Shown one piece after another: positions 1 to 11,924 of a stretch of 64,000 nucleotides of DNA. Positions within the stretch are counted from its first letter, which is position 1, and each line of letters starts with the position of its first letter. Position numbers and translations under genes: made by a program. The notes beneath the pieces are model-generated. The model was not told the origin of the DNA and did not search any database. It was given only the letters and a program-made list of their open reading frames with translations. The stretch is from Squalus acanthias (Eukaryota): contig CM059432.1 in assembly GCA_030390025.1 (NCBI GenBank), forward strand, positions 41,480,001 through 41,544,000, given 5' to 3'.

Positions 1-1605
1 GTAATATAATAAATGACTATATAATATTTAATTATTCTCCTACCAGCACTGAAATAAAAGAAGCATTTTAAGTTAAATAACTCAAAGCAATGAAATACCT
101 TCTTTCTACTCTGAGCTAAAGTGAGGATGCCGGTCTCCTGTGGAAATAAAATGGATATTGGGGAGGGGGTTGAGCGGGAGTGCCCAGGCCCAAAGGATTC
201 TTAATCTGGCTCCTTTGGGAGCAGAGTCTTGGCAGTGGAAGCAGCATCCAAATGAAAGACAGAGCAATGTGGTCTGGAGCAGGCAGCTTTAACTTGTAAA
301 TTGAAGTTGTAATTAGGAGGCAGGGAAAACAGACAGCGATGGTGAAGAATGGAGTTGCAGAGGGGTAAAGCTCAGCACCTCAGGTGCCACCTTGTGGAAA
401 AAACACGTATGGTACCAAAGGAGCAAGACTCTTGGTGCAGAGACACCAGGACCACATTATTGGCTCAATCTATAATATATGAAATTTGCGAGGCTTGCTG
501 CGCACTCCTTATTCGGGCATCTCCACTGTGACCCACTGTCAGTCCTGCAGCTACAAACTTCTACCATTAGATGGAGCTTCATATCCTAGTCACACCTATA
601 CCTACAGCAGCATTGTTCAGACAGCTTCACAACTCCAGGACACAGCCAACATTCCGAACCTTACTCCTGGCTAACAGTATGTTTGGGACAAGTAACTACT
701 CACCATTTTCTCCTTCCGTTGCTTCAATTTCCCCCTCTAAATTTTTTAAGTAAATGATTCATGAAAATTTCCTCAGCGTTTTTCCATAGGCTGTTCCTGC
801 ACGATACCCATTTTCTAGGTTCCAAGGTTTTCTGCTCCTTCTTAAAAATGTTTTCCCCACCATGATAACCTATCCTTAAGCTTTCCTGACTGTTGTTGGC
901 AGCCTGTCAGATTTTCCGTTTTTACAGCTGGGTTTTGATGACTTTTTTTGTGTTTGTGGGATGAGGGGTTGTTGGGGTGGTGGGGGAAAGGTTATGGTTT
1001 CATGCACCTTTGCTGAATTTTGTGCCATGTATTAATTGCTAGCAGAAAATTGTACAATGACATCCTTTCACACATGCCCCCTTGTCCCCCTACCCACACA
1101 CCTTAGTTTGATGACAACTTGAACATCGAGCCAAGCATTGTCTGGCCTACACATCCTTACTCGTTTTCCTCGGCCTATTTTTGCCAGCTCATGAAAGAAG
1201 ATAGCACTGATAGTATCACATTAATAATGTGAAATCAAACATTGGTTTAAAAAACCTCTTGCACTGCAGTGATGGCAAATTATTGTTTCGTGACCCAAGA
1301 AAGTCAAGTTAAACAGAAGAGCCTCACATTGTTGCCGGCTTAATATTGTTACCGTATCAAAGTATCTGAGTTTATTTTGAGATTTAATTAAGTTTCAAAT
1401 GTAGTTCATCCAAGATATGGTTAACACCAGGGAGCATGCTGCGATGGGAGCCTAGAGAACACCTCCGTGCAGATCAGGGAGGCCTATACAAAGAAATGCA
1501 TGGTGTATTTTAACCTGCATATGGACTAGGAGAGAAATAGCAGCATAAGCAAAGAATAGAGAGCCGAAATTCTTTGGTCCTCTACCCTACAATCCTGCCA
1601 TAACA

Positions 1606-1697
1606 CGGGTGGGATGGGACTGACTGGATTGCTCTACAGAGAGCCGGCATGGACTCGATGGGCCGAATGGCCTCCTTCTGTGCCGTTATGACTCTAT
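1606..1697 (+). mobile_element. CR1 (HER1-type) LINE 3' tail fragment
   Basis: ATGGGCCGAATGGCCTCCTTCTGTG followed by a (TATGACTC)n tail; same tail type as 41005-41365. The tail resumes after the MITE at 2471. Confidence 0.7.
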
Positions 1698-2470
1698 GGG
1701 GGAAAAATTCAGTTGCTTGCGCCTCCCATTAGCGCCTTAAGAGGGCGCTAATGGGGCGTAAAGCAGCTAACGCCCGGGCGCAGCGCCACCCACGCCTCCC
1801 GAAAAATTCAGCGGGAGGTTAGCGGCGGTGGCAGCCGGTAGCGCCCTGTGGCGCTGCGCCGCCGGCGATGACGTCATCGCCGTGCGCAGCACCCCGCTCG
1901 CGCTCCAGCCGTGATCTTCAGTCGCGCCCCCTGATTTACCACCAGACGCTATGTCCGACGGGTTCAGGGAGGCGTACGTGCGGCCGGGGCGGCGATATTT
2001 AAAGGGGAGGTGGCAGGCGGCCATTTTTGTTGCTGGCCGCCTGCCAGCACCTGCCCCCGTTGCTGTCCCCGGCCCCCGTGAAGCCCCCCCACCGTGAAGT
2101 GCCGGCTGCGCTCCAAGAGCCCGGCACTTCTCTTGAGTGCCGGGCTCTTTTGCCGGCACTCCTGATCCCTGGGGGCCCAGCTGGGCCCCGGTTCGCGCTG
2201 CGCAGGGTCCCTCCCCTTTAAGAAGGGGAGGAAGGCCTGCAATACCGCGGCGCGACGTGCTGCAGCGCCTGGCACTGCGGCACGTAGCGCCAGGATATTC
2301 CCTCGCAGCGCCCCAAGAGGGATGCGGGGTGCTTCCAGTGGCGCCCCGCTTCCCTCTTGGGGCGCAACCACTGAAGTTCCGGCGCGGGGCCGCTAATTTT
2401 TTCGGGGCGCTAAAAGTCGCGCCCCGGCGAGGTTAGCGCCCCAAATGGGGCGCGACTCAATTTTTACCCC
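1698..2470. mobile_element. Non-autonomous PIF/Harbinger element (MITE) sharing ends with 8044-12284
   Basis: Left GGGGGAAAAATTCAGT; right end reverse-complements to GGGGTAAAAATTGAGT. First ~90 bp nearly identical to 8044-8130. Inserted in a CR1 tail with AT/ATG duplicated. Very CpG-rich, no coding homology. Confidence 0.88.
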
Positions 2471-3732
2471 ATGACTCTATAACATGGTTCACATCCACCC
2501 TATACAGCTGTAATAAAGATAGCAATCAGGTGAATTTCCCTTTCCTGGTATCTGTTGCTTTGGTGTAAATGAAGCAAAAAAGACATTTTTAATCAGTCAA
2601 CAATCAGACACAAATTACTTTCCAGCTTTTTGATGAATGGAAAAACAAAGCACTTCACCAACTTGTATTTCCCCACATTAAGCTAAATCTAACTGCATTC
2701 AAAAGATTAACCTAAATTGGTCCGAATCAGAGCACTGAGTTTGGGCTACACTTTGGTGCTCATCCCTACTATTATTACAAAAGTACAAACTGGCTAACAT
2801 TATCAGACTATCACAGAGTTTAAGTACCATATTTATGTACAGCTGTGTGTTCACTTGCCTTGTAGTATTTACCGGCACTGGTGTTGAACTGTGAGCTTCA
2901 AAACATGTGAGCTGCAAGACCAATGTAGAGCCACTTACATTTTATTTCATTATTGCATTATGCCTATAGTGACTATAATGCAATCTTTGGGACCTGAATC
3001 GAGCATTGATACCCTGCACTATGGGGCATTGAGAGCTGTTCAATGCCTGATGTGCCGTGTATGTCATAATGCAATGTGGAAGTGCTCCTAATACTGACAG
3101 TCTGCAGACACATTGTGCACGAGATTCATTAAGGCCCTGAAAATAATGTAAATTAGGAATAGGCCCCACAATGCGGTTGGAGTGCCTGAATAGTACTCCA
3201 GACACTCAGGCCCCTTTCTCCAATGTTGGGTCTGCTCTTAAAATGGCCTGATTCTTTCCACCCCTTCACTCCTGCCCTCTTCCAGCATGTCATGCACTGT
3301 GTGTTGAGAACATTTAAATAAGCTGATCTTGCTTTGCAGTGCGAGGCCAGAAATATGTGTAATGACCTTGCAAAATGCCAAAGCAGTCCCTGTGCCAGAC
3401 AGCATTATCAGCCCCTATATGTTTATTTGTGCTAATGGAGAGTGGAGTTCCGTGGAGGCGTAGTTTATCTCGCCAATGATTTCTTATCTGACAATTTGCT
3501 TTTGTATGGCCTCGCTCTATGACTACACTAACTGTTATCTGTGTAACTCAAAGTACCACTGCACAGTTGGTCATGCTAAAGGGCAGGAACTGGACTACAA
3601 ACAGGATGATTGTTCATGGTGATAGGAACAATGTTTGGCTCTATGAAGGAATAGTACATCTCTGTAGGAGAGTGAGGCTGCGCCAGTTAATAGGCAGTGC
3701 CAGGTTGCATTTGAACCCGATACAGACGCGAG

Positions 3733-4490
3733 GGGCTGGATTTTGTCTTGGGGTCAGGTTGGGGTCGTGTCCTCCACATTTCGTGTTTCCCCCCTGACTC
3801 CAGATTAATGTGGATGAATGATGCAATTTTCACTTAATTGGGCAACTGAGTTCCAGCATGTGGGAACCCATGAACCAATTAGTGGTTTCAGCCTGAAACC
3901 CGCCTCTGATGATGTCATCATTGCTGACTGCGTGCTCTCAGAGATTGTCTGGCTGCTGCTGGGAGAGGACCTGCCTGGCTTTTGATGTGATTGGACCTGG
4001 ATGGAAAATTGATATGAGAGAGAGAGAGAATTTTTTTCCATCCAAGTCCTCTCGCAGCAAAGGCCAGGCAGTCTCTGAAGACATTCACTGGAGCAGCATC
4101 AGAGGCAACTTTCAGGCCTAATACTACTACTACCTTCATCACATCTCCGTTGTAATAGTGGACCTGCAGCTGATAGTCAGCTATCCACTTGTGCTCCCAC
4201 CAGGTTTCACTAGAGTGTTTCACACCAGGCGTACTTCATGTCAGAAAAGGGTTAAACTAGCTAAAACGCTTCAAAATGGCATTACAGACCCAATTTAGGG
4301 CTTGTTAAGGGCTGTAATGGCCTCTCCCACCTTTTGGAGGCGGGACGTAGTCGGGAACCCCGTAACTGATTTTGTCAAAATTGCGTTGAGGCGGGATGGA
4401 GTCGGGATGGGGTCAGAAACCCCGACCCCGCAAATTTAACCCCCCACACGCCTCCAAACCCGACTCCATGGGTCATTCAAAATCCAGCCC
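3733..4490. mobile_element. MITE-like non-autonomous DNA transposon
   Basis: Perfect 13-bp TIR GGGCTGGATTTTG / CAAAATCCAGCCC; no clean TSD. Confidence 0.7.
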
Positions 4491-4616
4491 AAAGACTCAC
4501 TAACAGAACAAGTTTGAGACCTAAACGTGAATGAAGTCAGTGCCTTCCTTCTTTCTTTCTCTCGGGACCACTGACGAGGATCTTAGAGCTGACAGTCGAT
4601 TGGAATTAAGAGTTAT

Positions 4617-6194
4617 GCCCAGGGCCTGATAATCTACATCCTAGGGAACTTAAGGAAGTGGCCCTAGAAATAGTAGATGCATTGCTGGTCATCTTCCAAA
4701 ATTCTATAGACTCTGGAACAGTTCCCATGGATTGGAGGGTAGCTAATGTAACCCCACTATTTAAAAAAGGTGGTAGAGAGAAAACGGGGAATTATAGACC
4801 AGTAAGCCTGACATCGGTAGTGGGGAAAATGCTAGAGTCCATTATAAAAGATGTAATAGCAGAGCACTTGGAAAACAGTGACAGGATCGGACAAAGTCAA
4901 CATGGATTTACAAAAGGTAAATCATGCTTGACTAATCTACTGGAATTTTTTGAGGATGTAACTGGTAGAATAAATAAGGGAGAACCAGTGGATGTGGTGT
5001 ATTTGGACTTTCAGAAGGCTTTCGATAAGGTCCCGCATAAGAGATTAGCGTGCAAAGTTAAAGCACATGGGATTGGGGGTAAGGTACTGACTTGGATAGA
5101 AAACTGGTTGGCAGACAGGAAGCAAAGAGTTGGAATAAACGGGTCTTTTTCCGAGTGGCAGACAGTGACTAGTGGGTTACCGCAGGGATCGGTGCTAGGA
5201 CCCCAGCTATTCACAATATATATTAATGATCTAGACGAGGGAACTAGATGTAATATCTCCAAGTTTGCAGATGACACAAAGCTGGGTGGGCGTGTGTGTT
5301 GTGAGGAGGATGCAGAGAAACTTCAGTATGATTTGGACAGGTTGGGTGATTGGGCAGATGCATGGCAGATGCAGTATAATGTGGATAAATACGAGGTTAT
5401 CCACTTTGGTGGCAAAAACAGGAAGGCAGATCTGAACGGCAATAGATTGGGAAAAGGGGAAGTGCAACGAGACCTGGGAGTCCTTGTGCACCAGTCGTTG
5501 AAGGTAAGCATGCAGGTGCAGCAGGCGGTTAAGGCAGCAAATGGTATGTTGGCCTTCATAGAGAGAGGATTCAAGTACAGGAGCAAGGATGTCTTGCTGC
5601 AGTTGTACAGGGCCTTGGTGAGACCACACCTTGAGTATTGTGTGCAGTTTTGGTCGCCTTATCTAAGGAAGGATGTTCTTGCCATGGAGGGAGTGCAGCG
5701 AAGATTCACCAGACTGATACCTGGGATGGCAGGAATGACATATGAAGAGAGATTGGGACGATTGGGCTTGTATTCACTGGAGTTTAGAAGAATGAGAGGG
5801 GATTGCATTGAAACTTATAAAATTCTAACAGGACTAGACAGACTAGATGCAGGAAGGATGTTCCTGATGGCGGGGGAGTCCAGAACCAGGGGTCACAGTC
5901 TAAAGATAAGGGGTAAGCCATTTAGGACTGAGATGAGGAGGAATTTCTTCACGCAGAGAGTGGTGAACTTGTGGAATTCTCTACCACAGAAGGCAGTTGA
6001 GGCCAATTCATTAAATATATTCAAGAAGGAGTTAGATATATTTCTCAAGGCTAAAGGGATCAAGGGATATGGGGAGAAAGCAGGGATAGGGTACTGAATT
6101 TGGATGATCAGCCATGATCTCATGAAATGGCAGAGCAGGCTCGAGGGGCCGAATGGCCTACTCCTGCTCCTATCTTCTATGTTTCTATATTTCA
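4617..6194 (+). mobile_element. 5'-truncated young CR1 LINE
   Basis: Open RT frame plus complete 3' UTR (GGCCGAATGGCCTACTCCTGCTCC, TTCTATGT-type tail). Confidence 0.96.
4658..6097 (+). CDS. CR1 ORF2 reverse-transcriptase part (no endonuclease; 5'-truncated)
   Basis: Motifs NYRPVSLTS, QHGF, YLDFQKAFDKV, SGLPQGSVLGP, KFADD, LVRPHLEYC, FFTQRVVNLWNSLP. Confidence 0.93.
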   Translation: MALEIVDALLVIFQNSIDSGTVPMDWRVANVTPLFKKGGREKTGNYRPVSLTSVVGKMLESIIKDVIAEHLENSDRIGQSQHGFTKGKSCLTNLLEFFEDVTGRINKGEPVDVVYLDFQKAFDKVPHKRLACKVKAHGIGGKVLTWIENWLADRKQRVGINGSFSEWQTVTSGLPQGSVLGPQLFTIYINDLDEGTRCNISKFADDTKLGGRVCCEEDAEKLQYDLDRLGDWADAWQMQYNVDKYEVIHFGGKNRKADLNGNRLGKGEVQRDLGVLVHQSLKVSMQVQQAVKAANGMLAFIERGFKYRSKDVLLQLYRALVRPHLEYCVQFWSPYLRKDVLAMEGVQRRFTRLIPGMAGMTYEERLGRLGLYSLEFRRMRGDCIETYKILTGLDRLDAGRMFLMAGESRTRGHSLKIRGKPFRTEMRRNFFTQRVVNLWNSLPQKAVEANSLNIFKKELDIFLKAKGIKGYGEKAGIGY

Positions 6195-7809
6195 GAGGCA
6201 TGAGCTGAGAGCCTGATTAATAGTCGGAAAGATGAGCTTGGATTTTAAAGAAGGTGAGGTCAGAAGTGGGAGTGGGGTGAGGGAGGAGATGCTTAAGTAT
6301 AGGATTAGTTTGGGAGGAGATGGAGGTCATAGAGGTTGGCCAGGGTGTTCTGTGAATAGTCCTGATACCTAACTAAGGAATGGAATGAACCACAAACAGG
6401 CTTTGACCTTCTAAAGTTCGCAGTAGAGGTTAAAAATTGTTTAAGGCACAGCTGAGTGCACTGCAATTACTCAGAATGTGCTGTTCAGTTATTAGCTGAG
6501 TCATGGCTGCTGCATGAGGTCAACTTTCTATATATCTGAGGTAATTAGTAGTAGTTGATGAGCACAGCATACCAAGAGTATAACCATTCCAGCTGGTATG
6601 CCAGATTGAATGCTTCATTGGGAAATGCCCAAGTCATTGAAATCTAAGGAACTGGCATCTACATCTAATTGTCAAAAGGGAAAAATGATTGGACAAGGAT
6701 GACCACGGCTTACTTTATTGAATTAAGATATGTATCATTGAATGCTATAAATCATTATTCAAGGGCTATAGTGTGACACGAGGTCAGCCAAATTACGTTG
6801 CTAGCTCCAGTGTTGCTTTCTGCCTAGAGAGGATGGAGCTCAGTGTCTGAGTGCTTGCTTGTAAGTGTGGAACTCTGCTCACAGGGTTTCAGTTGCTGGT
6901 TAAATTTTAATGCTGGGAGAGAGCTACTAGGAATGTCAGTTCTCTGTTAACATTGAAAAGATTCAGAATTAAGTTTAAGAAGTTCCCAGGTCATCCAATG
7001 GTGTTTTTCAACAGGACTTTCCATTGGAATGTTGTTGTCGTGCAGTGGAAGTGAAGCCCAGGCAATTTCATAAGAATACAAGAATTAGGAGCAGGAGATG
7101 GCCATACGGTCCCTCGAGTCTGCTCTGCCATTCAATAAGGTCATGGCTGATCTTCGATCTCAACTCTACTTTCCCGCCCAATCCCCATATCCCTTGATTC
7201 CCCTAGAGTCCAAAAATATATCTATCTCTGCCTTGAATATACTCAACAATTCAGCATTCACAGCCCTTTGGGGTAGAGAATTCCAAAGATTCACAACCAT
7301 CTGAGTGAAGAAATTTCTCCTCATCTCAGTCTTAAATGGCCGACCCCTTATCCTGAAACTATACCCCCTAGTTCTAGACAATCCAGCCAGGAGAAACAAT
7401 CTCTCAGCATTTACCCTGTCAATCCCCTTCAGAATCTTATATGTTTCAATGAGATCACCTCTCATTCTTCTAAACTCCAGAGAGTATAGGCCCAATCTAC
7501 TCAATTTCTCCTCATAGGACAATCCTCTCATCCCACAAATCAATCTAGTGAACCTTTGTTGCACCACCTCTGAGACAAGTATGTCTTTACTCAGATAAGG
7601 AGACCAAAACTGTGCACAGTACTCCAGGTGTGGTCTCATCAAAGTCCTGTACAATTGTAGCAAGACTTCCTTATTCTTGTACTCCAACTTCCTTGCAATA
7701 AAGGCCAACATGCCATTTGCCTTCCTAATTACTTATTGTACCTGCATGCTAACTCTTTGTGTTTCCTGTACGAGGCTACCTAAATCTCTCTGAACACCAA
7801 TATTTAATA

Positions 7810-8005
7810 TAAAACAACAACAGAAAATGCTGGAAACACTCAGCAGGTCAGGCAGCATCAAGGAGAGAGAAACAGAGTTAACGTTTCAGGTTCGACCCGA
7901 AACGTTAACTGTTTTTCTCTCTCCTCGATGCTGTCTGACCTGCTGAGTGTTTCCAGCATTTTCTGTTATTTCAGATTTCCAGCATCCGCAGTATTTTGCT
8001 ATTGT
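7810..8005. mobile_element. Penelope-derived fold-back insertion
   Basis: ~65-bp inverted arms (ACAGAAAATGCTGGAAACACTCAGCAGGTCAG... and complement); 14-bp TSD ACCAATATTTAATA at 7796-7809 and 8006-8019. Confidence 0.78.
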
Positions 8006-8553
8006 ACCAATATTTAATAGTTTCTCACCATTTAAAAAATATTGGGGGAAAAATTCAGTTGGTTGCGCCTCCCGTTAGCGCCTTAAGAGGGCGCTAATGG
8101 GGTGCAAAGCAGCTAGCACCCGGGCGCAGCGATGTTTGCGCCGCTCGGGAACTTAACTAGACATTTAGCGGCGGCGCTAAACTTTATCGCCGTGATCTCT
8201 TGTGCGCGCAGATTGTGACGTCATACGAGAGTGCAACGCTCTTGTGGCGCCCCGGAGCAGAATTTCAGTGGCGCCCCCATCCTTACCGCCTGGCGCATCC
8301 AACGACCGGTAGAGTGGAACGCTATCATTCGCTGTGGGGCTGGGGGGGGCGCTATTTAAAGGGGGCCTCTTCCTGTCTTTCTCTGTGGTGGACATTTTTG
8401 CACCACTCGTTCTGAGAGAGAGAGAGAGATTCGGAGAGAGAGAAAGAGAGACTTCTGCATTGAGTCAACGCTGTGTCAGGTAGTTTTGGCTACTCATCCT
8501 AACTTCGCTGGTACTTTGGTTTCTGGCCTTCATAACTTTGCTTGCTTAGAGAT

Positions 8554-9715
8554 ATGGGGGCTGCACTGATGGGGGGCCTCGTCCTGCGCCAGCTGAATCG
8601 GAGGACACAGAGACGCAGAGAGAGAGTGGCAATGATGGCCAGACGGAGGAGGGCCAACAGGCGTCTGTACAGGAGAGCTTACCCTCCCATGGTATATCGT
8701 GAACAGCTCTCCTACATTCATATGTCTGAGGAGCAGTGTCTGCGAAGGCTGCGCTTCAGCAAGGAGGTGGTCACTGAGCTCTGCCACCTGCTGCAGCCAG
8801 ATCTGCAGCCTCAGCTGAGGTCCAGGACGTCTCTGTCGGTGGCAGTGAAGGTCACAGTGGCTCTGAACTTTTATGCTACTGGCTCATTTCAATCTGCTGT
8901 TGGGGACATCGCCAATATCTCCCAGTTTGCGGTGCACTGCTGCATCAGGAAGGTCACAAATGTCCTCTTTAAAAAGGAGACGAGAGTTCATCTCTTTCCC
9001 CATGACCCCAGACAAGCAGCAAGAACGCGCTCTGGGCTTTGCGAGGATAGCGGGCTTCCCCATGGTGCAGGGCGCCATTGACTGCACGCATGTGGCTTTG
9101 CGTGCTCCGCATGAGAATACCGAGGATTTCCGGAACAGAAAGGGGTTCCATTCCTTGAATGTTCAGTTGGTCTGTGACCACAGACAGCTGATACTCGCTG
9201 TCAATGCCCACTATCCTGGCAGCTGCCACGATGCTTTCATCCTGCGCCAGACTACTGTGGCAGAACTTTTCGTGGCACCGCATCAGCCAGTTGGTTGGCT
9301 TCTCGGGGACAAGGGGTATCCACTGTGCACCTGGCTGATGACACCGCTCCGTACGCCCAACACCCCTGCTGAGCTGCGGTACAACGAGAGCCATCAAGCT
9401 ACCAGGAACATCGTGGAGCACACAATTGGCGTGCTCAAGCAACGGTTCCGCTGTCTCGACCATTCTGGAGGAGCCCTGCAATACTCGCCTGAGCGAGTTT
9501 CCAGCATCGTAGTTGTGTGCTGCATGCTGCATAACATGGCAATCGTCAGGACCCAGCCAATGCCACCAGGCCTTGGAGCACCACCAGAGGAGGAGGAGGA
9601 AGAGGAGGAAGAGGACGAGGAGGATGATCATCAGCAGCACCAAGGCGTGAGGGCGGCCCACAATGGTGAAACTGCAAGGGCCGTCCGTCAGCGGCTGATA
9701 GCAAGCCGCTTCTAG
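8554..9715 (+). pseudogene. Harbinger DDE transposase (HARBI1-like family), one +1 frameshift at A-run 8971-8975
   Basis: N-part LRRLRFSKEVVTELC...[16 protein letters not shown]-part [66 protein letters not shown]. Removing one A gives 386 aa. Confidence 0.94.
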
Positions 9716-10026
9716 GCCCCTGCTGTGGAAATGGCTTCTGCCATTGAGAACAGCATGAATGAACCCAACACGCAACCCCTAAGCCGGCCAAGGCACCACT
9801 GATTCCAAACACCAAACATGTATATTTTGAGTACCAAAACTTATTTATTTTACAAACTCTGTGTGTGTCATTTCTTCATGACAAACTCATACAAATAAAC
9901 ACAAAAAAACAGTCATTACCATAACTGGTTCTCACAACCTGGAGATCATGTGCAAAACACTCAACAAAAGTTTGACCACGAACCTCGGCCTTTAATAAAA
10001 AAATGACCAGCATTTTGTCACACCTC

Positions 10027-11924
10027 CTACATTGAGGGTGAACTCCTTCCCGTGCGCCCTTCCACCCTTCTTACCCTACTGTTACTCCGCAATGGGACCT
10101 CAGTGGCTGCAGCAAGGCTGGTGGAAGGCTGCTGACTGTCAGGCCCTGACAATGCAGATGCCCTTGAGGGACGGCCTCGACCAGCTCTGGGCCTGGAGGG
10201 CCCGGCTGCAGACAGCACCAACTCTGCATGGGCGGCAGCAGTCTGTCCTACAGGCGGTGGCAACTGCAGTGGAGAAGTGACAGTGGTGGCAGCAGGAATG
10301 CTGTCATCTTGAGCGAGGACAGCAACTCCCTGCTCGACCGGCACACTGGCACTCCCACGGGGCAGCACCTCAGCATCCGGAGCAATCTGCTGGAGCACAG
10401 ATTGCTGGCCTGCTGCGGCGCGGTGAGAGCCCCGGGGAAATGTGAACGAACCAGCGAGGATGGCAGCAGACCGTACTCGCGTGGCCTCAATCTGAGTCTG
10501 CATGAGAGCAGTCTGAGATTGAATTGCAGCACTGAGCTTCAGTGTCGCATCCGCCTGCGCTGCAGCGAAGTGCTCCACACTCCTTGCCAGTGCTTCAATG
10601 CATTCGGGCACCCTACCCACTGCAGCCATGAGCTCAGTGTGCATGCCCACCGCCTGGGTGTTCATTTCCGCGATCAGCCGCTCCACCTCTGCGTCCAGTG
10701 CAGCAGGACTCGCTGGCATACTCTCCCTCCGGGGAGAAGGCCCCCAAGCTTCCCTACCTCCATCGCGTTGCTGCAGCCCGCTGGGTCCTGGAGCTTCACC
10801 CTCATCAGACCCTTCCCCCCTGCTCCCCTCCAGGGAAGGCGTGTTCCCAGTGTCGGCATGGGCTTCCTCGGGAGAGGGTGGCACTGATGCTCCGGCTTCC
10901 TCTTCCTCCTCGGCTGCAGCTTCACTCCCACTGGCAGCTTCAGGGCCCGTCTCCTCAGCTGGTGAATCACCATCTGAAAGCAGGGAGGTACAAGAGTGGC
11001 TTTAGCGTGAGGACAGGGTGGCAGTAAGGGAGGAAAAAGTGCAGCGAGTTAGTAAGTTGGATTGAAAGTGTCAAAGGCTGGTGTTGTGAGGGACAAGTGG
11101 AAGGACAGAGGACAAAAAGGTGATGACCTAACCATTGCTGTCCAGAACGGGGTCGGCGTCTCCAGTGGCGACGGGACCGATCACCCGGCTTGCCACAATC
11201 CTGTGGACGCGCTCCTCCAGATCACTGAGGGGTTGCAGCTGAGGCCGCCCTCCACCCGTCCGTTGCTGCTGTCTCCTATTATGCGCCAGCTTGGCCTGCA
11301 AGAAAAAGGACGGCGTCTGAGTAAATATACAGCCATGGTCTTGCCTGATGTGCCTCCCATAGGTGAATAGCCCTTACAATATACAGCCATGGTCTTGCCT
11401 GATGTGCCTCCCATAGGTGAATAGCCCTTACTGTATACAGCCATGGTCTTGCCTGATGTGCCTCCCATAGGTGAATAGCCCTTACTGTATACAGCCATGG
11501 TCTTGCCTGATGTGCCTCCCATAGGTGAATAGCCCTTACTGTATGCAAAGTATGGAATGTGTGTGTGTGCTTCATGAAAGGGCCATAGGTGTTGGATGAG
11601 TGTTGTTAATTGTGGTTTTAAGACCCTCTGGCCATACAGTGAGGTTGAGATGGAGGGATGGAGAGGTATTGCAAAAAAGCCACTCACCCTGACGACCCGA
11701 GTGAGGTTGTTGAACTTTTTCTGGCATTGGACATGGGTCCTGGGCACCATGCTCCTGGAGGAGACGCGCTGAGCCACCTCCCTCCACACTCTTCTGTAGT
11801 CGCGCGGCAAAGGCCTCCTGCCACTCTCTGGGTACAGTATTGCTCTTCGGCGCTCCACCGCGCCAACCAGAGCATCCAAGGCCCGCTCGGTGAAGCGCTG
11901 AGCTCGTTCTCTCACCCTCTCCAT
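10027..11924 (-). CDS. Harbinger ORF2 Myb/SANT-like DNA-binding protein, 3 exons (11924-11688, 11295-11133, 10973-10027), 448 aa
   Basis: Exon 1 MERVRERAQRFTERALDALV...WREVAQRV...RTHVQCQKKFNNL; exon 2 AKLAHNRRQQQRTGGG. Introns are GT-AG. Exons sum to 1347 nt with no internal stop. Confidence 0.88.
11326..11544. repeat. 54-bp tandem repeat, ~4 near-identical copies, in intron 1 of the Myb gene
   Basis: AGCCATGG recurs at 11331, 11385, 11439 and 11493. Confidence 0.97.

Noticed and set aside
349..753. Overlapping 60-aa ORFs at the window start
   Set aside because: No recognisable domain or consistent splice structure.
1767..2436. ORFs in GC-rich MITEs (also 59.5-60.0 kb)
   Set aside because: Stop-poor GC-rich sequence; low-complexity translations on both strands.
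8960..8985. Programmed ribosomal frameshift in the transposase
   Set aside because: A +1 shift is needed, there is no in-frame X XXY YYZ heptamer, and copy D reads through the same site in one frame.
8554..9715. Domesticated host gene HARBI1
   Set aside because: Flanked by TIRs and a TSD, with multiple decayed relatives nearby; it is a transposon copy.
11326..11544. CRISPR-like array
   Set aside because: Head-to-tail identical units with no unique spacers, no cas genes, eukaryotic context.
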